A stretch of DNA of 64,000 nt. Origin: Schmidtea polychroa (Eukaryota). Where the stretch lies: positions 46,440,001 through 46,504,000 of the forward strand of contig CM097885.1 in the NCBI GenBank assembly GCA_044892525.1, in the 5' to 3' direction. The translations under genes and the position numbers were made by a program. Of this stretch, positions 43,551-55,800 are shown in pieces. The notes below the pieces were generated by a model, which was given only the letters and a program-made list of their open reading frames with translations, searched no databases and was not told the origin of the DNA. Each line of letters starts with the position of its first letter. Position 1 is the stretch's first letter.

Positions 43551-44537
43551 ATGAGAAGCCTAATCGTGATGATGATTATAATGACAATGCCAAAAATCCT
43601 GCAAGCAGAAGAATCAATGATCAGATGCCAGAAAGAATACCCATATCGCAGAGAAGATAGTACATGTAGTAGCTTTAAATCGATCTGCGAAAAACCCAAT
43701 GAGGAATGCGAACAAATCAAGTTACAATGTTCGCAATGTCCACAAACAACTGAAAGTTCGACGGAAGTGCAAATGACTCAGACAATAAAAACAATGTTAG
43801 AACAAGAAATGAAAGTTATCAGAACCCAGATGGCAACATTAGCCAAACAATGTCAAAGTCAGAAATCAAAGAGAGAATCCCAAACAGATCCAGCCGCAAT
43901 GAGAATGATGGTAATAATATTAGAGGAAATAAAACAACAGGTAACAGCAACCGCCTATGGACGATCAAGCAATTGCGAAACAGTAGTAAAATCTTTGGAG
44001 GAAATGAAAGGAAAAATAACTTCCATCATCAAAGAGGAACCCAGCATTAAAAATGAGGTAACGAAAACCTTGAAAGAAATGACAAGGGAAATCCTAACTA
44101 CCATAAACAAAAACCCAACGAACTCCGAGAAGATGATTAAAACCCTTGAGGCAATAAAGAAAGTTGTCACCTCAGAAGAAAACAAATTCAATAAGCCCGA
44201 AAAATCAGAAACGGCGGATACAACCCAATTAAAAGAAATTATGAACAAACCCAAAGTAATAGAACCGAGAGAGTCTGAATCCCTCACAATATTGATCCTA
44301 TTAGCGGCGAGCCTAATGATAAACATCACCGTACTGAGCCTGATTGCACTCAAACCCAATTCCAGTAAAGAAAGAAACAAAACCCTCAAACTAAAGGAAC
44401 AATCAAGAAGTATTCGTATCCCAATGGAAGAACAACTAGTCCAAACAACGAACCAACCAAGCTACTTCAAATCTTCCCCAAACATTGAAACCAGAGCCGT
44501 CATCGAGACGAGATCCCGAACAACCGAATTTTATTAA
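43551..44537 (+). CDS. Type I membrane protein: signal peptide, Cys-rich N-terminus, helical repeats, TM, short tail (possibly TNFR-like)
   Basis: MRSLIVMMIIMTMPKILQA signal; Cys cluster; TM LTILILLAASLMINITVLSLIAL; tail with PMEE. Confidence 0.7.
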   Translation: MRSLIVMMIIMTMPKILQAEESMIRCQKEYPYRREDSTCSSFKSICEKPNEECEQIKLQCSQCPQTTESSTEVQMTQTIKTMLEQEMKVIRTQMATLAKQCQSQKSKRESQTDPAAMRMMVIILEEIKQQVTATAYGRSSNCETVVKSLEEMKGKITSIIKEEPSIKNEVTKTLKEMTREILTTINKNPTNSEKMIKTLEAIKKVVTSEENKFNKPEKSETADTTQLKEIMNKPKVIEPRESESLTILILLAASLMINITVLSLIALKPNSSKERNKTLKLKEQSRSIRIPMEEQLVQTTNQPSYFKSSPNIETRAVIETRSRTTEFY

Positions 44538-47500
44538 TGTGACATCACGACAGTATAAACATTTCATGACATTATAAAACATTATCAAACAATCATGATT
44601 TCAAAGACTGAGACTGATTGTGACTAATAACATTGATTCTTGAGCATGATAATTTTATTTTTGTGGGGACCGACCTCGGTCGTTCTTTTTCTTCATCTTT
44701 CAACCCATCCGTAGAATGTAGTATAATAGTAGCCTTTTTATGTATGTGGGTATTGAGGTCACGACCCTGTAGCTCGTGGACCCAATTTGCATGTAGGCAC
44801 TTGTAATATAGTGCAAGTATTCTGAAAATAATTTTCTTCATCTTGTGATTTAAATTGCGGGTCGCAATTTTATGGGCCCCCGAGTGTTTTATGTTGGGCT
44901 AGAACTGATTTCTAGACCCAAAATACTAATTGTGACTGAAACGCGTAAGTACACAGCAAGTAAAAAAGCACCAAGTATAGTTAAATATTAAAACCTACAC
45001 CAAATAAACAATATTAACTAAAGGAGAAAGCAACAAAAACATAAACAAAGAAATTAAACAGAATTATACAAAAGCAAGAAGTGATGCAAAAATCTAACTC
45101 AAAAATAACCAAATAAACACAGGGTTACAAAAAACAGACTCGAATAACTTAAAAGACGATAAAAACAGTAAAACATTCCAGAAAAACCCAGAACATTCTA
45201 TAAAAATGGCGATGACCATCACAAAAGTTATCTAGAACAACAAAAGTTAAGGAAAATAAATAAATTAGTATTAAAAATAAAAAATCTCAAAAAGAATTCA
45301 TAAAAACATCAGTTAAAATAAAAATTAAATTAAAAGTAAAATAGAATGTTCTGGAACCGTTCCAAATCCATCATGGACGTAAAATTAATGAAAAATAATT
45401 AAAAAATAAAAATATAAAAATAAAAACAAAAATTATGGCACAAAAATTGCCATTAAAAATAGCAAAATCGTAAAATAGAAAATTCTGGAATAAAAAGAAT
45501 TCGAGTTTGTTTTAATGCATCAATACATACACGTGTACTAAATAGGTATATATACCGACACGTTTCAGTCACAATAATCACTTTTATGCCAAATTTTTGT
45601 GACAAAATTTCCAAAATCGATAGTAAGCATTGATCTTTATTTGTATATTAATTGTTTAATTATATAGATGGTATTTTAAATTTATTTTTGCTTAAAATTT
45701 TTTTTGCGATGTATGAGTGATCAACGGCGTACTGGTATTCCTGCGTCGTTGTTCAGTCCTGCATCCAATTTATTAAAATCGTTATTAACAAGACATGCAG
45801 ACACGCATTATCGTTATTATAGTGATATTTATTATATGATTTCCTTTTGTTCGGGTCAGCCGGAGGTCGAACTACTTCATGGTCCTGCCATGGAGTTAGG
45901 TCGAGGAAACCCTCCGCCTGACTCTTCGTATTTATTTAAGGTCAGCCGTAAATGGTTGACTTAGCACACAACACTAAGGTTTGTGGACGTGGTCACAGTG
46001 AGGCCATGAAAGCAATATTCTTCCCGACTCATTGCGTAATATACAATTAAACTCAACACTTAAAATCCTGAACAATAACTCTACACTAAGGTTCTAATTT
46101 GAGTAGAGCTCGTACCTAAAATTACACAATTCTACACTCACATTAATGTAGCTAGTTGATTCATAATGGTAATTTCAATTATACTTAGACATATGCCGAA
46201 CTAGATTTTGTAGTAAGGATCTTTGATAAAGTAATAGAAAAAAGAAAGATATTCGGCATACGTACAGGTATAACTTGATCTGGATATGTTGATTCCGAGT
46301 AAAGATAGACATTTTAAATCTAGCTCCCACTTTAAAATGTTTGTAAATGTGTAGGCTCTTAGTTGTAATATTCTTGTTGTTAACTATAAAATTATAAGTT
46401 ATAAATAATTACGATAGCTAGGTACAAACCACGTCGATCCTGAAAATGTAAATTGTTAATGGAGAAAGTCTGATCAGAGATAGTAGTAAACAATTTTCGT
46501 ATAAAAATCAACTTAGGATTGGTTACAGATAGGCGATAGACGCGCTAGAACCCTGAAGTTTAATCCACAAATAGGACCAGGAAATCTGTAAGTACTGCGG
46601 AAAACAATGTTGATCATAGAAGGAAGTTGTAAGAAGTATATTCCGTCGACTAAAAATTTCAAATTATAAAGTATGAAAATACGAATTACAAAAGTATAAA
46701 TTTTAGATTATAAACTTATAAATTATAAGTTAAGCAATTATAACTTATAAAATATGAATGTATAAATTTCAAAATATGAAATTAATTATAAATTACAAGA
46801 TTGTAAATCCCTAAATGGAAAAATTTTAAATTATAAATCGAAAATTATCAAAGTATAAATTATAAAACATGAATTTATAATTCTAAAACATGGGATTATA
46901 AAATTATAGTTATCATAATCCTGATCATTTCCCTTGTTATTACTATTAGCAGTATCAACATTATCATTACTATTAGTATTATTATTCTTATTATTATTAT
47001 ATTATTATTATCATTATTATGAATATCATAATTAGCATTATTATTATTATCATCATTATCAGTACCATTATAAAAATTTATTATTATTCTTGTTATTACT
47101 ATTATTAGTATTATTATTATTACCATTATTAAAATTTATTATTATTCTTATTATTATTACTATCATTGCTATTATTAATATTATTATTATCATTATTATT
47201 ATTATTATTAGTATCGTTATTTCATTGTTATTATTATTGGTATTATTACAGTTAACTACAAAAAATCGATATCCCAATCCGATATCGATCACCTGGAAAT
47301 TTAGAAATTAGCAAATTAAATAAATTACTTGTATGCAGAGCAAACCACTCATAACGAGCACAACCGAAGGAAAGGTAAGCAGACGAAGAGCTTAGTTCGT
47401 TGCTAGTACCTGTCGCCCCAGCGTGCCCGAATTTAGTGGCCTAAGAATGACGATCAAAAAGAAAAAAAATTCACATTTTATTAATATGTAAATTAAAATT

Positions 47501-47765
47501 TATAAATAGTAATTAAAATTACTACTCAGTGGTAAACAAAATTTTGAATGGAAATGATTAATTTAAACAAACGAATTTTGACGAAAATTTTTTTTGTGTG
47601 TTTGTTTTGATAAAGTAGGAAATCTTATTCCACTGCTCCTAAACTTATAGATGGTAGTCTTAAAATAAAATATTTTTTTTTTAAAGGGAAAAAGGGTCAA
47701 CAAAATCTTGTGGTTGACGTCGTATCTCAATCAGTATAGAGGGGCTTGATTATTATTTTGTAGAA

Positions 47766-48131
47766 ATGTCCTACTCTGACAGCGATAGCCACGAAGAAGC
47801 CGACCGACAGATGCTTACCAGACTCCGTACACGGTACATATGGCACCGTATCCATGATTGGAATCGGGGTTTGGACCTCGACAACTTTGGCCCAGTAATC
47901 AGGAGTGGGCCGGAGCCGGACGCTCCGGCGTGGGTAAAAACAGAGCCCACAAACGATTTTTTGCAAGAGGCCCGCGACCGAGCGGCCATCGAGGTAGAAG
48001 CAGCTCAGATGCGACTCAAGAAGATCGAGCTACAAATCCAAGCAGAAAAAGAGGGAAAAACCGTGGAGGACCTAGAAGAGGCCGAGGCAACCCCGCGGAA
48101 GAGGGGAAGGCCTCGCAAGCGACTGAACTGA
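47766..48131 (+). CDS. 3' LTR copy of the AT-hook ORF
   Basis: Translation identical to 17686-18051. Confidence 0.6.
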   Translation: MSYSDSDSHEEADRQMLTRLRTRYIWHRIHDWNRGLDLDNFGPVIRSGPEPDAPAWVKTEPTNDFLQEARDRAAIEVEAAQMRLKKIELQIQAEKEGKTVEDLEEAEATPRKRGRPRKRLN

Positions 48132-48341
48132 CTCATCGTCAAAATTTTGTTTTTTGCAAATTAACATTCAGTTGCGATTTTATTAAACTTTGATTTTAGT
48201 GATAATTATTTCAGTCCTTTTAATAAATCATCTTGTGTATTGCGTGCTTAACATCCGAAACTATGTTTATTTATAATATTGATTTTATTTTATAATTGAA
48301 TGAATAGTATGCTGCAAGAATATAATCGTTGAATTTATCTA

Positions 48342-48812
48342 GTGTTCAGACTATTGGAAAATCTGCGAAGAGATAGGGCAGAAGCTCAAAAACAGTCCGA
48401 GGAGCTCCGCATACGAGTAGACAAGCTCAAGGGACGGTGCCGGGAACTAGAAAGCACCTGGTTTAGTCCCGAGGATATGAAAAAGAAGGTGGCGCAGGTC
48501 CTTCAACTGCAGACTCAAGCCGCGCAGGATCAGATGGAGATCCGGGCACTGAAGCTCCAGCTCCGCGCGCTAGAAACCGAGCGAAATGAACAAGTAGTTC
48601 ACGGAGCCGCCATAAGCCAAATCCGGCCGTTGACCGTGGAACTAGCAGCAATATACCCCCCGGCCGCGAAAGAGAAACCCAAAAGAAAGCGGTTAGGCCG
48701 AAATATTCGGGAAAAATTGAAGAAAGCTAGACTGGCCGAATACGAGCGACAAGCAAATTTGTCACTAGCAGCTGCGACGAAATTGGCCAGTCCTACCAAT
48801 AAGCCTGTTTGA
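48342..48812 (+). CDS. 3' LTR copy of the coiled-coil ORF
   Basis: Translation identical to 18262-18732. Confidence 0.5.
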   Translation: MFRLLENLRRDRAEAQKQSEELRIRVDKLKGRCRELESTWFSPEDMKKKVAQVLQLQTQAAQDQMEIRALKLQLRALETERNEQVVHGAAISQIRPLTVELAAIYPPAAKEKPKRKRLGRNIREKLKKARLAEYERQANLSLAAATKLASPTNKPV

Positions 48813-49840
48813 ACTTATATTCGGTTTTAGGTGTTTTGTAGTATTTTTATGTATTGTGGTAGTCTTCAAATAATATGTTCCTTGTTAAAATACTGCACGT
48901 TTTGTAGTGATAAAATAATGACTAGTACAGTTTATGATTGCCTGGGAAATGAGAGTTTGTGCATAAGGTTGGGAAAACAATTTTGATAAAGGGACCTGAG
49001 AAATCGGACACACACCTTCTATCGGTAGTCCGTGAACCCACGGAGTACTCGACAACTATAGTGCTTTGATGCGCTCACTTTTTGCGAGTACTCAACCCTT
49101 GGTACAGTACCAACGTTGATCACTCAACGGGTACCAAGCGGAAAAACAATGTTGTATTTTGGGTTACGCTGGTAACAGCACTCAATCATTCAACCACCAG
49201 TAACCCACCATTTGTAATGAAATTTTTAACACTAAATTAATATGGTTACATCATGTAACTGATTGGGGTTTGTAGTGGTTGACAACTGGGTTATATTAAG
49301 AAAATATTGATTGCTATGTTCTTGTAAACAACCCTACACTAGAGAAGTCGATGCTCCAATCTAACTACGTAAGACAATCAAGGATTATTTCAGTAAGTAC
49401 AAGAGCAATGTTCCACAACAAATTCAAAAATTATCTTCTCTAATATATTATACGGGTTCGGAATGTAGTTTTGCTTTAAGGCCAGTATCAATTACCTCGA
49501 CGCCAGAAATAAATTCAGACTTAATTTTTTTATTTCATCAAAAATAATTTAATTTGAATTATTAATTCACATTTAAATAGTAAATTTATTCATATAAATT
49601 AATAAATTTTATTTTTTACGATTTTTTTCGATTTTTTTATCTGTTTTTTATCTATTATTCAGTTATTTTAATATTTTAGGCAATAAATTAGAAATTTTCC
49701 ATTTTGTAAATTATGTAAATTTTGTAAACTATAATTACCATTTCTACTTTGAAATTTAGAAAATCTGTAGTTGTTTTACTTTACAAAGTTTACAATTATT
49801 TTACCAACCACTTTATACTTGATAATTCTTTTTATGCATC

Positions 49841-52800
49841 ATGACTGATATCGATAATCAGATTCAGGAAACTGTACCAGAAAAAATAATCATTGATAAT
49901 GGTCAGTGTTATAAAGTTTACCATTTATTTAATAATGTTATAGGTAATGAAGCTCACACTGATGCAGATAATAATTTGATTAAAAACGTATTGGATGATA
50001 GTGAAACACAATCTGAAGATACTAGTAAAGACAAAATTCGAAGTTTAAAAGAATTTGATGAGTTTTCTGTTCCAGAAAGTAAAGGTGAAAATACTCGAGG
50101 TATAGAAATAAATGTTTAAATTGTTATTTAATTAATTTAAACTAGAGACCATTATAAAAGATTTCAATGAAAATCACGAACATGTTACAGTTGAAATTTC
50201 TCAGCAAAATTGTGAAGTTAAAGAGGCAGGCGATGAACTTATTGATATTAGTTCAAATAATCATAATAATTGTTCAATTGGTGATGCAATAATTAACTCT
50301 GGTGACCAAGATCAAAATTTAGATAATAATACAATTTCTGATGCTATAGATAAAATGAAGTTTAATATAGATTCTGAAAATCCAAATGAAAATTTAGAAA
50401 TATTAGAAGACAATGCTCAAATTAGCAAAACTATTGATTCACTATCTAAAGATTCAATTAAACAAACTTATGAAACCACTCAAGAAAATGTTGAGAATAA
50501 TACAAGTTCAGAAGCAGAAAACTTTGTTGATATTCTCGGCAATGGCTTGTTGACCAAAAAAGTACGAAAATTTAAATTATATATATATTTATATACATTT
50601 AGTAATTTTCATATTTAAGAACTTATATATTATTATAGCTTATAGTTAAAAATTAATCTTAAAATTCTGCTTTACATTTATCAATATTTGATTAGTTGTC
50701 GATTTAAATGATATTACCATTGATATAATGTTATGAATTATTATATTTAGTTATTTTTGTTTGAAGACTAAATAATTCATACGGATAACCATTAACTGTA
50801 GATATAACTCTTGGTAAAGCAGTATTAAATGTTTTTGGATATCCTAAGGAATCATTAATCTATTTCATCTTATTTTCAATTAATGATGAAAATTAAAATT
50901 TATATTAAAATTTGATATAAATTATTAATATTTCTAAAAATCAATGTAGAACAAATAATACAAGAGAATTGGGACGCTATACAATTTATAATTTGTTGAT
51001 AGAACTTAGCAAAGATCACGCATTGTATATCATAGTATGTCATTTCAAAGCAAGTGCTTAAATTTGAAGATATAATAAATCCACATTATTTATATAAGTT
51101 TAAAACGTTGCTTTTTTTCTAATTCTAAGTTATTTAATTTTTAAATATTTCAATATCTAAAATCTTAAAATATTTAGATTATTACAAGTATGTAACTCTC
51201 CCCTCTTTAAGATTCGTGCCATTTCTTTAGACATTCAATTCTTTGTTTATTAGTATTTCCAGTCTGGAGTTCCACTTGATCAACTTTAACTTGCAAATCT
51301 GCATAATTTTTCATTCCACTCCGTTTTCCAACTAGTTCTTCGCAAATATTTTTGCTATTTGTAGAATTGACCAGAACGTATGCTTCAAACAGATATTTGA
51401 TCATTTTATTTTTGTCCATCATAATTCTTCAAAAACATTAAGATTTTTATAATTTCTTAAATATACTTTAATTATTCGAATGTATATATTGAAGTGTTAA
51501 GTGATCAAAACGATTAAAATCTGAAATATTAGTTTTGTTTAATTGTGGTAACAACTGTTATTAAATTAAGTGTTGATGTTTGATGTAATGCCACATTTCT
51601 ATAGCACCCATTCCCCATTAGGCACGTTACTTCATATATAGGAGGTTATTGATTGATGTAAAGTGAAAAGAAATTAAAAATTTTATATATGCATATTAAA
51701 CATTTTATTGATAAAATTGTTTATTGTAAGTATTACTTATTGAAAGACAACATTAATATATGAAAGCTGAGAATCCTTATAATTTATATAAATCTAATTT
51801 TTTAAATGTAATTTATTCTTATTTTTCTATCTTTCATATTAAATGTCGACAATTTGGCCGAAAATTACTGAATTCATTATATTTTTTGAATGATATTCAA
51901 TAACATTGTAATAATTGAAAAACTTTATCTAGGAGTGAATGATCTAAAAATTGCATATTGTTGCTAATTATTGTAGTATAAAAATTATGAAATTTTATTA
52001 ATTGAGCTGCGAAATTAAGATGAATTAATTAATGTAAATCTTCTAAAAATCCCCACTAGGCAAAATTAGTTTTAAAAGTACAAAAATTAACTTTTATTTT
52101 CTAATCCCCCGCCTCTAATAATCCCTATAATTATAATAAAAAAAATTAAAAAACAATCCATGAAGCATCAGAAACATTCAAATAGCTATGAAATCAGTGC
52201 CATAGAGGACTTTAGAATGAGTTCTAAATCTATAATCCACCAACGATTAATAGTTACTTTATTGAACTATTTGCTTCTTCGTACATTCCATAAATATAAT
52301 GAGTTGATATTTCATTTAAAGTTTATGCTTTTTCACTTTATTTCAACCTAATTTAAATCTACACAGGATATGATTCTTAATCTTTATTTCACTATATAAG
52401 TTCACATAAGTAGGAATTTATTGAAGACCTGTAAGTAATCAAATACATACTAAAGGACATACAAACAAATGCAATAGTTTCTTACATAATAACGACTGAA
52501 ATAATTTAATGAATGAATCAACAAGGAAATCAACAGAATATATAATACATAAATGCTATAAAATCGTGATATACTGATACCTACACCTACATTGACATTA
52601 TAAATATACAATGAATTATAAAAAGTATTTTCTTTTTCTGTATCGCATCCGAATTAAATAGGTATTGCTTAATTCAATAATTATACTATTCATTTCATAT
52701 CTGAACAATAATTTTGAACTTTAATGTAAAAGCTATCTATTTTATAAGTAGCACAAAAATTTAAATACCAATTACACTTACTATTTACACAGAACAATTA

Positions 52801-55800
52801 AGAAAATAGTTTAATATTTGTTGTAATACAGATAATTGTATATGGATTGGGCCGAGAGACTCGTCCTACCCACGGAGATAGTGTTACTATTCAGTTTAAA
52901 GGTTGGAATAACTCTGGTGAATTGATAGAAGAAAATGAATCGACTTTTGTCCTTGGAGACGGGGACATGATTCAAGGTTAATTTTTACAGAAAAGATACA
53001 TACATAACTTGTGGTTGTATAGCTTTTGATCTTGGGATTTGTTTAGCAGAAAGACATGAGGAATTTGAATTAAAGACAGATGCAAGATTTGCATACGGAA
53101 GTTATGGATGGTAAAAAATCTTTTGATTTTTGACAAAATAAAGAATAGTAATATTCTAGGAAACCTAAAGTTCAACCAAATGAACCACTGGTTTATCGCA
53201 TAAAATTATTGCGCGTTGATGACCCTCCAGACTATGCAACTTTTAATCATCAAGATAGAATGGACGCCGCAGACGTTAAGCGAGAAAGAGGCAATTATTT
53301 GTATCGGTAAGAATTGAAAATTTTCCAAACATTTATTCGATAGAAATATTATAATATTATTGCAATTGTAAACTAATATTAAACAAGTATCTACTCAATT
53401 TCCTTTATATTTATTTCATTTCAAACTATTTGTCAAAAATATTGATTTATATATTGTGTGAACTTATTTTTTAAGGCAGTGGTTCTCAATTAATATAAAA
53501 TCGCGGAACACCATTCACATGATTTTTTTTACACGGAACACTGACAAAAAATGCTTGCCCACAATGAGTGACCAATCACAAATTACTATAAATCTGTCGT
53601 AAACGTAAACAATGCCTTCTTATAAGCAAAGAAAATACCACACGCAACAATAACAAGCAATAAAAACACTTATATTTGTATGTTTATATATCTGCGTAAC
53701 GGCTTTCTTATTGCATCATCTTATAAAAAAATTAATTGAGGTTTTTGATGATATGTATCTTAAATGCAAATTTAAAGATAAAATGTCATTTTTTTCGCGG
53801 AACACGGGTTGAGAACCACTGTTTTTAGAACACTGATTATTTGATTGAAAAAATTGATTATTTGCTTTAAAAAATGTATTTTTAATGTGATATTCTATCT
53901 AGTTTCTAATGTTACGTTAGTCTCGAGCTTATTTGGCTCTCATCGGTACCATGTGGAAGTTTTCTTCCCCACCCTTTGAAATCAGCCTAAAGAATCGGGC
54001 CGCATCTATACAGTTTTTATTAAATGTATAAACATTATCAAGTTTTTCAATATGAAATAAATTAACATTAATTAATCATAAACCAAATTGAAATAAATTT
54101 CATTAATCAAAGTAACCACAACATTTTTGTCAATGATAAGGAAGCTTATTTATTCCATAATCATAAAATTCAGGAGTTCTCAAATCGATGAATTGTTTGA
54201 AAGCTCTTTCAATGACTTGATTGGCAAAGGTTTTCTCTTGCAAAAAGTTTTAAAAAATTAAAGTCAGTTGGTGTATCAATTGAATGAGGTAGAACTTGTT
54301 AATTTAGCTCGTTCAATATTTGTAATGTGAAATATGAAACAAAAAATGTTTGGTGCTTCATATGCATCAATCCACTGCGTTAATCACGGAAGATTATTGA
54401 TAACTTGTCAGCGTAGATTCTGCCAAATCCATTCGCAAAGATACATTAACTTGGATCGAAATGTCTTTTAGATTATCGTTAGAACTTCGATTTTGTTTTT
54501 GAGCGTTTCTGACATCTTTTTAATAATCGATTTCAAGCACTTTTCTGCTTCATCAACCGGTTCAGTCATCCAATTATCTGTTTTGATTAATAAATCTTCT
54601 TCATTCTCTTCTATTTCAGAAAATACAGTTTCAAGTGCAAATTTTTCAGGTTTTACTGGACTATTGCTCGAAATGTCATCATTAGTTTGAATTTCATTGT
54701 CTTCGCTGTCTGAGTATTCAATTAAACCTTTCATGTCAATATTTATTTGATTATTATCGTTTTCCAATTCTAATTGTTGTAATTTTTCACATTTTACAAT
54801 TAAATCCCGTAAATAAGCTTCGTATTTCATCATATAATTATTATATTCTGCAAGAATTTCTTTTATAACTAGTTCCATTAACCCATCAACGCGCAAAAAG
54901 AAATATTTACAAACAAACTGACATTAATGACGGTTATCATTGCGTTGTCACCATATTGATTTTTTTCGTAAAATACTAGTGCCATCTATGGTTGAAATGG
55001 CTCACTACTTCCAAGATAATCATTATAGAAAAACATGAAATCACGCCTTTAACGAGTGTACTCGTGTGAGTACAGTGGGAGGTAATGCGTTAAACAATTT
55101 TAGAAGTAAATTTCAAATAAATTTTCAACGTTACAAACTTTTTATTTCAAAACAATTTGAAGAAATATCTTGATTTTTCAAAATAGGTACGAAAAAACTC
55201 CTTTCAAACAAAAAACTGAAAACAAATTTCAAATAAAAAATACATCGTTTGCATCTGTGTGCGCACACAGACAAATACAATTTCAAAAATAACGCGCACA
55301 CATGATTTACCAAATATCATAAAGTATCCTTTTTTAAAGTTTTTTAACCTCTCAAATGGTTTGAAACCGTTCCAACACTTACTCCAAAATTAATGACAAT
55401 GTCTCAAACTGTTATACGCGGTTTTTATACTATTTGTGCTTTTTTTACAAAGTTAGTTGACTTATTACGGTTTATGTTCCTGTCTTTGAGCTTTTTAAAC
55501 CGTCGTTCCACAGTCCCTTCATCACAAATATTGTTTTCAAAAGTTCTATTAATATTTCTGGTAGTTATGGTCAGGTTTAAGTTCGAAAATTACGATTATT
55601 TATTTCAATCTGTAACAATTTTAGATAATATAAAATAAAATATAAGATAAGAATCATTATTTTTCAAGATTTTAAATTTTACCTATAAAATACACAAAAA
55701 ATGCATTTATTGAAGGAAAAATTTAGTTGAAAAGATTAAAGAGGAACATTTCGTTTGATATCTTACTAATTAAGTGCCATATCCTCAATAAATTGATTTT

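Larger units (their letters stand above)
14812..49210 (+). mobile_element. Giant (34,399 bp) Ty3/Gypsy-type LTR retroelement with env-like and anti-apoptotic/TRAF accessory genes (Burro-like)
   Basis: Two 4319-bp direct repeats offset by 30,080 bp; TG...CA ends; TTTG TSD (14808-14811, 49211-49214); PBS; gag and PR-RT-RH-IN in Gypsy order. Confidence 0.96.
44892..49210 (+). repeat. 3' LTR (4319 bp)
   Basis: Copy of 14812-19130, followed by TSD TTTG. Confidence 0.95.

Noticed and set aside
23314..44389. Numerous minus-strand ORFs, including 38273-39175 (300 aa)
   Set aside because: They are S/F/L/I-rich antisense shadows of A-rich plus-strand coding sequence with no recognisable motifs.
14812..49210. 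Segmental duplication or DNA virus (Maverick/Polinton) interpretation
   Set aside because: Direct TG...CA repeats, 4-bp TSD, PBS and RT-RNaseH-IN define an LTR retroelement; no DNA polymerase B or terminal inverted repeats were seen.
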